Of a DNA stretch of 20,000 bases, positions 12,196 to 20,000 are shown one piece after another. Source of the DNA: Lama guanicoe (Eukaryota). Below the pieces are notes generated by a model. It searched no databases and was not told where the DNA came from. It saw only the letters and a list, made by a program, of their open reading frames with translations. The position numbers and the translations under genes were made by a program. How positions within the stretch are numbered: position 1 is the first letter of the stretch; every line of letters starts with the position of its first letter. The stretch lies in NCBI GenBank assembly GCA_013239625.1, contig MU053444.1, positions 57,699 through 77,698 of the forward strand, in the 5' to 3' direction.

Positions 12196-12310
12196 CTGAT
12201 GAGATCTAAGGGCTGCTTCTTGTCTATGCTTCGAGGAGGAGCCCATTCCCTGTACAGAAGGCCCTGTTCACTGGGGCAGCTGAGGTCCTCTGACGTAGGC
12301 TGAAGTTGCA
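12196..12310 (-). pseudogene. ANO6: ANO6-like exon (approx. exon 7), 115 bp, 1-nt deletion
   Basis: gcttcccag|TGC AAC TTC AGC CT ACG TCA GAG GAC CTC AGC TGC...CAG CCC TTA GAT CTC ATC AG|gtgag reads CNFS-fs-TSEDLSCPSEQGLLYREWAPPRSIDKKQPLDLI(R), versus CKFRRQSEDPSCPNERYLLYREWAHPRSIYKKQPLDLIR. Confidence 0.92.
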
Positions 12311-13874
12311 CTGGGAAGCAGAAGCAAACAGGTGTGCGTCAGTCACAACGTGTTCACATGTTCTGTTGATAAAATATGGTGCTAACACTTCATGGTTATT
12401 TGTAAATAAGGGTCCCTCAGTTGCCAGGAGGGATGGAGGTACCATATAATTTTTCATAATTCTCATCCAGGATTAATATTAACCCCTTGAGGGTCATTTG
12501 CAAACGTGGGTGGAAAGGAACACTTGGATGTTACAGTCCTGGGACCTCCGTGGGTACCTGGTGAGAGCCTTGCAGATGCTTAATGTCCTAAAACTGGGCC
12601 AGTCTTCCACAGCAAAAAAACTGGGCCACCCAAGTGCCCAAACTGCTGCAGTGGAGGGACACCTGACAGTGCAGCCCCCTCCTTGGACACCCAAAGGAAC
12701 CTGGACTCTGGCTGGTTAGGGACAGGGTCAATTCTAAAACCCAGGTTTTTTTGCCCCCACAATTTAGTAGTTATTCGGTGACAGCACATGGAATATAAAC
12801 AACAAAGAAACTTGACATGATGTTATATATTTAGCTTACTCAAGAAACAAAGTTTAAATCCAGTCATTCTCCTTCCCACCTGACCTACTTTCCTTTCTCC
12901 TCTACTAGAACCAGATTATTACCCACCCAGCCTTAACATGGGTCCTGACTCCACTTACCTCCCCCCAAACACCACATGAGATGTATCCTCAGCCTGGATG
13001 TGGGACCAGCAATTACAAGAGGCTTTAGTGGAAAGAACTGGTTGTGCACAGCTGCCAACTAAACACTGTAGAATCCTGGTGTCCCACATTAGTAATCATG
13101 ACAGCTGTTTGCAAGTGTTCCCAAAGTTCATTTCAGACTCTCAGTGCTAATTTTGCTGGGACACAAATATGAAACATGTGGACTGCTTGGCTGGACTGCT
13201 ATGCTGGGTCTCTGATCCAGGAAGCTCAGTGTCTGCTCCCTGCACCCAGCTCCCTGTTCTGTTCATGCATGTGCATCAAGCAGCTGTTTAGTGTCCATTT
13301 TAATATCTTAAACAGTGCATTTCACTATTGTCTTCATCCACAAATACGTGTACCACACAGTAGTAATGATCAATCTCAGTCTTTGCTTTCTTTGGTCTTA
13401 GAGAGTCAGATAAGTGGATAGCAAAGATAACAAAGTCATAGAGCGCTATAATATAGTATTTCCTTTATTTCAATGACAGGATTTATTTAAAGAGCTTAGA
13501 TATAACATCCTTGCATTTATGGCATCATTAAGCGTCTGAAGCTGTTACATTATAAAAACTTCATTTCTAGCGAGATGTTATCAGTTAGAGAAGAGCTCCT
13601 AGAATTTGAGGGGTCGCTGTCATCTCACACAGAGTCCCTAAAAAATGTCAGCACTCTGCAGTATTGCCGTCATGACAAGAACCCAGACAGATGAAATTTG
13701 GAAAAACTTGTGGCTTTCTAGTGCACAGACAGAAAATGGTATTTCAGAGGGAAAAGCCTGAATTACAGAAAATGATAAATGAAATGGTCTAACATGCATT
13801 TCCCTTACAAAGAACTAATACTTCTTTGGTCGATAATAACATCCGTCAGTAATTATGAAAAGAGCTGACAGATG

Positions 13875-14078
13875 CATAGTACTTAATATTAACCAGGGCT
13901 GTTCTAACATTGATACAGATTCATTAATCCCCATAGCAATTCTACAAGGTGGGTGTTACAATTATCCCCATTTTATTGATGAGGAACCTGGTAAACACAG
14001 AGGCTAAATGACATTTACAAGGTCAAAAGTGAGAAAGCAGCACAGGTATTCCAGCTTGAGTCTACGCTCTTGGCCACT
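13875..14078 (-). mobile_element. MIR SINE
   Basis: Antisense MIR core: attatccccattttattgatgaggaa...acagaggctaaatgacatttacaaggtca...cgctcttggccact. Confidence 0.8.
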
Positions 14079-14095
14079 TCTCTTTTTTTTTTTTT

Positions 14096-14303
14096 NNNNN
14101 NNNNNNNNNNNNNNNNNNNNNNNNNNNNNNNNNNNNNNNNNNNNNNNNNNNNNNNNNNNNNNNNNNNNNNNNNNNNNNNNNNNNNNNNNNNNNNNNNNNN
14201 NNNNNNNNNNNNNNNNNNNNNNNNNNNNNNNNNNNNNNNNNNNNNNNNNNNNNNNNNNNNNNNNNNNNNNNNNNNNNNNNNNNNNNNNNNNNNNNNNNNN
14301 NNN
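14096..14303. other. Assembly gap (208 N) following a poly-T run
   Basis: Run of N. Confidence 0.99.
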
Positions 14304-14316
14304 ACTCCGGGGGCAG

Positions 14317-14465
14317 TTCATTCATTCACTCATTAAACTCAGCCTTCCCGGTGCCTGGGATTCATCAGTGAACAAGACAACATGGTTCCTGCCTTAAATG
14401 AGCTTGTCGCCTCCTGACATATTATCTTCATTTTACCCAGGAAGAAACAAGGTCAAGAAGGTTAG
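14317..14465 (-). mobile_element. L2 3' terminus fragment followed by a short MIR fragment
   Basis: ttcattcattcactcatt...gtgcctgggattcatcagtgaacaagaca...cctgccttaaatgagctt (L2 end, antisense), then attatcttcattttacccaggaagaaacaagg (MIR core). Confidence 0.6.
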
Positions 14466-14529
14466 CCTTTTCCTGTTAATACTGGAGGAAATATGAGGTG
14501 CTTTATTTCATTTCTGCCATTTGACTTAC

Positions 14530-14645
14530 ACCATGGAGAGGGAAAGCTGCCTTGCAGATCTCGGAGTTCACAAGCCTGTTAATCCCGATTTTTTTTTAAC
14601 ACTGGTGCTTACTTGATACTTGATCTGAGAAAGGATGAAGTAACC
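14530..14645 (-). pseudogene. ANO6: ANO6-like exon (approx. exon 6), 116 bp, +2 frameshift in an A run
   Basis: tctttttag|GGT TAC TTC ATC CTT TCT CAG ATC AAG TAT CAA GTA AGC ACC AGT GTT A9 TC GGG ATT AAC AGG CTT GTG AAC TCC GAG ATC TGC AAG GCA GCT TTC CCT CTC CAT GGT|gtaagt reads GYFILSQIKYQVSTSVKK-fs-GINRLVNSEICKAAFPLHG, versus VYFILSRVKYQVINNVSKFGINRLVNSGIYKAAFPLHD (114 nt). Confidence 0.92.
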
Positions 14646-14858
14646 CTAAAAAGATTCTAAGAGAGCATGTGGTTTATACAAGGTAACTAACCAGCCACTG
14701 TTTACTATCCTAACAGGAATCTGTAGGCATATTTCTTTTCTTTTTTTTTTCCTTTTTATGGGCAGCTTTTAAAAACCAGACCAAACCAAATCACTGATAA
14801 TTCAACAGCAGGTTCTAAATCACCCCCAAGACAGCAGCTAAACTGGGTTTAGACTTAC

Positions 14859-15140
14859 AATGCGGCTTCTGGTGTTTGGATTGAAGAATGTATCTCTATC
14901 CTGAACATAAAAGTCATTCACGCAGCTCTTCTCAAATAGGACAATGAAAAACTCTTGTTCCAGTTGTTGATACTTTCATCCACTTGGAGGACTTTCATAA
15001 AACAGCTGAAGTTATCAAAGGCTGAGGATCGGGTTTTCAGATCATTGGGCTTCAGAGGCAATATTATGTGCAGTATCTCAGCTTATGTACAGAGCACCTC
15101 CCACAGGGTATGTACTTTATACAAGCTTGTCATTCAAAAC
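14859..15140 (-). pseudogene. ANO6: ANO6-like exon (approx. exon 5), 282 bp, two deletions and a stop
   Basis: cccagtatag|GTT TTG AAT GAC AAG CTT GTA...AGA AGC CGC ATT|gtaagt reads VLNDKLV-fs(-5, ~15119)-KVHTLWEVLCT*AEILHIILPLKPNDLKTRSSAFDNFSCFMKVLQVDESIN-fs(-1, ~14964)-LEQEFFIVLFEKSCVNDFYVQDRDTFFNPNTRSRI. TAA at 15083-15085 replaces Tyr. Confidence 0.93.
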
Positions 15141-16015
15141 CTATACTGGGAGAATGAAAATACAAACCAGGAAACTATTTTCACATTTTTAGTACACAGA
15201 TTTTTCTTAAGTTCCTGGTACTTAAAGCACTTGTGTAAACACACACACATATGACACTGGTCAAAGTCAAGGTATAATAAACATAGATTTGCAAACCATC
15301 ATACATTTTTGCCTTAAAGATAATTTCTTTGTTGAAATTATGGAAAAGTTATTTAAAATCCTTACAGTTCATTCATAAAATAACCAATATTTTAGATGAA
15401 GGAAAGCAAACTTGTTAATTTTTAGTCCAAATTAGTAACTAAAAATAGAAACACCAAAATATTCTTTGCAGTGGTATTGTAATGACAAATTTTAAAATTT
15501 CTGAAACCTAGGACTATTTACATTTCTGTTCAATATAGTGTTAAACAGCCATTAAAAGGGATTTAAAATAATTATATTTATTGATATGGAATATATAATA
15601 AAAGGAGAAAGCAAAAAATGTGAAATAATAATTTTCCTTTTTGGAAGGGAAAAATATCTTCATTTGAACAAAAAAAAGTTTAGAAGGATTTTAAGATTCT
15701 TTATGTATAATTAAGGTACAGATGATTTTTAATTCCACCGTTCTTTCATTTTCGATTTTGGGGGGTAAATTTTTATAATAAAAAAATCTTTAAAATGTTC
15801 TTGCATAAATACATTAATAGATATATTTATGACTATATTCTCTGGCTATTAAGAAAGATCTCCTAGCTTTGCATCTGAAACATACATTCCATAATGCAGA
15901 TTCTGACTGACTCACCTCCCAGCCCACAGTGAAGGCATGGCTAGTGTGACATGTTTCCAATATCATTGCAGGTAACATACAGGCTCCAAGTCAATGGCTG
16001 CAAAGGGACTGACAC

Positions 16016-16080
16016 TGATCTGGTTGCTCTCAGCTGTAGATAATCATAGATGAGGTTAGATTCATAGGCTCATGTTTTCT
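16016..16080 (-). pseudogene. ANO6: ANO6-like exon (approx. exon 4), 65 bp, 1-nt deletion
   Basis: cttttgacag|AGA AAA CAT GA GCC TAT GAA TCT AAC CTC ATC TAT GAT TAT CTA CAG CTG AGA GCA ACC AGA TCA|gtgtcagt reads RKH-fs-AYESNLIYDYLQLRATRS, versus RKRQAYESNLICHGLQLEATRS (22 codons, 66 nt). The donor is weak; an alternative gtcagt lies 2 nt further into the intron. Confidence 0.85.
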
Positions 16081-16776
16081 CTGTCAAAAGAAATCAGAAA
16101 ATGTTAGGCTTTTACTTTCACCAAGGGAACAAGTAGTTGACTTATTTTATACAAAAAAAACAACAAACCAATTTGAACAACAGCACAGTAGCAATGAAGG
16201 TGCACTGGCTGGCAGGGACTTGTTGGATTCCTGTGAGTGCTGGACTCCTCACATAGAATTCTCTTGGCACTCCAGAAGGCCTGTGGTTGTCCCAATGGGT
16301 TTGTGGCCATATGTGGCACACAAAAGTCTCTGGCTTTGCCACAATTTCAAAGCATTTTTTGGCTTATGAAAGGTTTTGCACTCAAATGGAATTTTCTTGA
16401 GTCCACTCACTGATGTCATTTACCAGAGTTATAGTCCAGATCTGACATTCTAGACTCTTAAAATCTTGCAGACATTCAAATGTTTCAGGTTTGGATGTGT
16501 ATTCACCTCTGGAGGCCTGGACCAAATTCGATAAAGCCACCCGGACAAGTTCAGCAAAAGGCAAAGAAATTTTTCTCTCTGCAAGGCTGAAATGTCTGTG
16601 AAGCTATAAAAACTTCTGCATAAAAATAGGGACTCATCAATAACTTATCTATCCATAATGCATGGACATTTAAAAAAATACTGTATTTACTCCTATTAAA
16701 TTCTATCTGGCTTTTGCCAAATTGTGTCATAAACTGTAAGGAAAGTATATAAATGTAGAGAAGTTTTGACCTTTTA

Positions 16777-17540
16777 AGAGAAAAAGGAACCCTTCTACTT
16801 GGTTGGAGGAAATGTAAATTGGTGCAGCCACTATAGAGGACAGTATAGAGGTTCCATAGAAAACTGAAAATAGACTTCTGTGTGATCCAGCAATCCCATT
16901 CATGGGTATATGTCTGGGGAAAAATATAATTCAAAAAGACACATGCACCCCAATGTTCACAGCAGCACTATTTACAATAGCCAAGACACTGAAACAACCC
17001 AAATATTCACTGACAGATGTCTGGATAAAGAAGTTGTGGTATATTATATATATATGTATATATACATATATACATATATATACACATGAACACACACACA
17101 CAATGGAATACTGCTCAGCCATAAAAAATAAAATAATGCCATTTGCAATAACATGGATGGACCTACAGGGTATTATGCTAAGTGAAATAAGTCAGAGAAA
17201 AAAACAAATATTCTATGTATTAACTTATATGTATATCTAAAACATAAAACAAATTAATGACTATAATAAAACAGAAATAGACTCACAGGTACACAGAACA
17301 GGCTGGTGGTTACCAATGGGGAGAAGGAGGAGAGGGGAGGCAGGAAGGGGTTAGGGGATTGAGAGGTAAAAAGTACTATGTATAAACTGGATAGGTTACA
17401 GGGCTGTATCATACAGCACAGGGAAATATAGCCATTATTTTATGGTGACTTTAAATGGAATATAATCTATAAAAATGTTGAGCATCTGTGTTGTACAGCT
17501 GAAATTAATATGACGTAAATCAACTACTCAATTACAAAAT
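16777..17540 (+). mobile_element. 5'-truncated LINE-1 (ORF2 C-terminus plus 3' UTR)
   Basis: Starts agaaaaaggaaccctt...ggtgcagccactat; ORF 16902-17240 contains KDTCTPMFTAALFTIAK and TMEYCSAIK. The 3' UTR has atacagcacagggaaatatagcc and ends gtaaatcaactactcaatt. Confidence 0.92.
17040..17101. repeat. Compound (TA)n/(CA)n microsatellite inside L1
   Basis: tatattatatatatatgtatatatacatata...cacacacaca. Confidence 0.9.
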
Positions 17541-17587
17541 TTTTAATCAAAGTTTTCTTTTCATATTATTTGCAATAAGTTAGAAAC

Positions 17588-17876
17588 CAGCACTGTCAAT
17601 AGAAACATAGTGCAAGTCACAATTTTCCAGTAATCCCATTTAGAAAATAAAAAGGAACAAGTGAAATTAATTCCAGTAATAATTATATTTATCCCAAAAT
17701 ATCCAATATACTATCATTTCAAAAGTGTGATTGACACTTTTAAAACTTATTAATAATATTTTACATTATTTTTGTTGTACAAAGTCTTGAAAATCTATTA
17801 TGTATTTTCCACTTATAGAACATCTCAATTCACAATAGCCACATGTGGCTGGTGGCTACCATACTAGACAGAGCAG
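17588..17876. mobile_element. MER33 (hAT-Charlie non-autonomous DNA transposon)
   Basis: Begins cagcactgtcaatagaaa and ends aatagccacatgtggctggtggctaccatactagacagagcag. The ends are imperfect inverted repeats and the AT-rich body matches recalled MER33. Confidence 0.85.
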
Positions 17877-18058
17877 ATTACACCATTCACACTTATGATA
17901 AATGAATTACTCTTACTTATTTAAAAAACTTGCAGAAAAGGCTTTAGATATTCCCTATATCAAACAAAGCAACCTTGACAGGTGAGGAGTATCTTCATTA
18001 TAAAGTGAAAAATAAAGGTAAGAGAGCCATGCTTACATGTATGTTAATGTAACAATAC

Positions 18059-18184
18059 CTTCTTAATTCATTCAGGACTTTACAATCTTTCTTCATATGC
18101 CAAGGATTCACTGTCACTGCACAATATTTTTCACTATTATTATCTTTGGAACTGAGAGGCTTCTGATGACCCTGCTTTGTTCAT
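18059..18184 (-). pseudogene. KLHL2: KLHL2-like exon (approx. exon 2, just before the BTB domain), 126 bp, premature stop
   Basis: tttaatgtacag|A TGA ACA AAG CAG GGT CAT CAG AAG CCT CTC...AAT GAA TTA AGA AG|gtattg reads *TKQGHQKPLSSKDNNSEKYCAVTVNPWHMKKDCKVLNELR(S), versus recalled human KLHL2 CTKQGHQKPLDSKDDNTEKHCPVTVNPWHMKKAFKVMNELRS. TGA at 18181-18183 replaces Cys. Confidence 0.88.
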
Positions 18185-18241
18185 CTGTACATTAAAGAAA
18201 ACAACAAAACAGAGACAAAGGCCTTATTAAAGATAATTTAG

Positions 18242-18395
18242 GGAGGAGGGTATAGCTCAAGTGGAAGATCATATTCTTAGCATGCACAAGGGCCTGGGTT
18301 CAATCCCCAGTACTTCTTCTAAAAATAAAATAAATAAAAACCTAATTACCACACCCCTGCAAAAAACTATTTAATTACTTTAATTAAAAGTTAAA
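18242..18395 (+). mobile_element. tRNA-Ala-derived SINE (vic-1-like)
   Basis: ggaggagggtatagctcaagtggaagatc...cttagcatgcacaagggcctgggttcaatccccagtac, then cctaattacc and an A-rich tail. 13-bp target-site duplication aaagataatttag (18229-18241) / aaagatactttag (18396-18408). Confidence 0.92.
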
Positions 18396-18837
18396 AAAGA
18401 TACTTTAGTGCAGGCTTATCAGGCTACAAGAGCTACAATGAATGCCCCCCCATTTATTTAGAAGAAGTCTCACAGTAATTCCCAACATAAACGCTAAAAT
18501 ATAGTTCAGAACACTTTCTGATGGTCAGCATGATTTTAACAAAAATGTAGATAATTACCTCCCTGGTGTCAAAGCTCTGTCAGGGATGGGCACAGAAAAT
18601 TTAGTAAAAATGATTTTGCAACTACCTTTGAAAAAAATGCTGAGAAATGATCTTTTCTGTTGGGAATTAGCCTACTTTTACATTCTGCAGTAGGCATATG
18701 CGTTTACAAACCAGGCAGGAACTGGATCATATTTTACACATACTTGAGAAACTGATTTGAATTTTGCTCTCTATCTGCAAGGCTATTTCTTAGGTAATAA
18801 CATAAGCTGGCCACTATACTAAATTTTGTTTCCCTGT

Positions 18838-18990
18838 TTGCTTAATCCTCACAACTCTGTAAGCTGCTATTATTACCCCCATATAACAGATAAAGATCTT
18901 GAGGCAGAAAATAATTTGGGTAACTTGGTAAATGGTGGAGCTGGGTAAGACTGCAGCCAGTCTGACACTCAAGCCCATTCTTCTCACCAA
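18838..18990 (-). mobile_element. MIR SINE
   Basis: cttaatcctcacaactctgtaag...attattacccccatataacagataaag...tgaggcaga...ggtggagctggg...cagtctgacactcaagccc. Confidence 0.75.
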
Positions 18991-19129
18991 TGTCTGATAC
19001 TGCTACCTACATTCAGCAATGACTGCTGATTTCATATTTAAGTGTGTCATTTCTAAAAGTGCAAATCTATATTAGTACTGCTGTGTAAATTATCCTTTTG
19101 AGACGTGATTGCCAAAAAAACAAAAACAA

Positions 19130-19300
19130 ATAAAATCAGGGTGCCACTGAGGGGAGGGCAAACTGCATATGGACGGACACAAGGGGACTTTTTGAGGACA
19201 CAGTTGCACAACTCTAGAAATAGCTAAAATGGCTGACTTGTACAATTATAATGTGTGAATTCTTTGGCCTGTAAATTACACCTTAATACAGCTATTAAAT
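19130..19300 (+). mobile_element. Old L1M 3' terminus fragment
   Basis: cacaaggggactttttgagga...gtgtgaattctttggcctgtaaattacaccttaatacagctatt. Confidence 0.6.
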
Positions 19301-19457
19301 TAAGAAACTGGGATACCAAATTAAGACTAAAACACATATATATATATCACACAAAGAACAACAGGCAAAAATCATTATTTACTGCACCATTTTCCTTCAT
19401 GCAGCTTCCTTTCCTCACCCATTCCTGAAAGGATGATTCATTTTTAAAATAGTCTTT

Positions 19458-20000
19458 TAATTTATTCAGCAAATAATTTTTGACTCCCTACTATGTACCC
19501 AGGACTAGTCTAGGCACTTGGAATAGATCAATAAACAAAACAAAAGTCCTGCCCTCACGGAGCTTGGTTGGAGTCTAGCTGGGGTGGGGGGGTGGAGATG
19601 ACAATTCACACAACAGAGCAGGAGAGGAGGTGACATGTTAGGAAAGAGGAACCATGGAAAAATGAAAAAAGTGCAAGGTAAAGAGAGTTCAGGGTATGGG
19701 ATGAGGGTGATGTTGTATTAAATACCAGAGCAGGCCACACTGAGGACTGAGGTTAGAACTAAGACTTGGAGGTGAGAAGTCCCAGGTGGACGGAATAACC
19801 ATCACCAAGGGCAGCGCGCACCTCGCATGTTCCAGAATGGGGGCACGGCTGGAGCTGCGGTGAAGGGTCAGTAGACATTGTAAGTGGCTTTTACCCAGAG
19901 TGAAATGGGGAGGCACTGCAGAAGGACGACACAATCTCACTTAGGTTTTCGAGGCTCACTTGACTGCCGGGTGAGAATAGTCGAAACGGGTCAGGTCAGA
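19458..20000 (-). mobile_element. L2 3' region (antisense)
   Basis: tttattcagcaaataatttttgactccctactatgtacccagg...ctaggcacttgg...aaacaaaacaaaagtcctgccctcacggagctt, followed by a purine-rich L2 body to the window end. Confidence 0.8.

Larger units (their letters stand above)
7140..16080 (-). pseudogene. ANO6: Unprocessed (intron-containing) ANO6/TMEM16F pseudogene fragment, five consecutive exons (approx. exons 4-8)
   Basis: Five minus-strand segments bounded by AG...GT translate, in the correct order, to consecutive stretches of ANO6 as recalled for human (RKRQAYESNL..., VLDDKLVFVKVHAPWEVLC...RSRI, VYFILS...AAFPLHD, CKF...QPLDLIR, KYYGEKIGIYFAWL...NCTWS). They contain 5 frameshifting indels and 2 nonsense codons in total. 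Exon numbers are from memory. Confidence 0.93.

Noticed and set aside
14004..14397. Four ORFs of 87-129 aa
   Set aside because: Artefacts of reading through the N gap.
16142..16604. Minus-strand frames that both contain KPETF (ORFs 16382-16564 and 16142-16342), considered as an exon from a third gene
   Set aside because: No protein recognised, no convincing donor, and the DNA under the two KPETF motifs differs. Treated as chance, though a BLASTX would be a cheap check.
16016..18184. In-frame KLHL2-ANO6 fusion protein
   Set aside because: Phase 2 donor meets a phase 0 acceptor, the KLHL2 exon starts with TGA in its native frame, and the spliced product reaches a stop within a few codons.
1..20000. 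CRISPR arrays or other prokaryotic systems
   Set aside because: The sequence is mammalian; no regularly spaced repeats or operon-like structure were seen.

Overview
Mammalian genomic DNA from a gapped assembly (two N runs), probably camelid because it carries three tRNA-Ala-derived SINEs of the vic-1 type. No intact protein-coding gene is present; the supplied ORFs are L1 fragments or chance frames. About two thirds of the window is interspersed repeat: an old L1M 3' end, a ~5.7 kb decayed L1 with a nested SINE, and L2, MIR, MER21-like LTR and MER33 elements. The main signal is absent from the ORF track. Reading the minus strand by hand gives five consecutive ANO6 (TMEM16F scramblase) exons, matching about exons 4-8, each with AG/GT boundaries and each disabled by a frameshift and/or stop. 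About 2 kb upstream on the same strand lies a 126-bp exon of an unrelated gene, KLHL2 (second exon), also with splice sites and a premature stop. The window therefore looks like a mosaic unprocessed pseudogene (KLHL2 piece joined to an ANO6 piece), probably from segmental duplication or rearrangement. Gene and repeat names come from recalled sequences, not from a database search.
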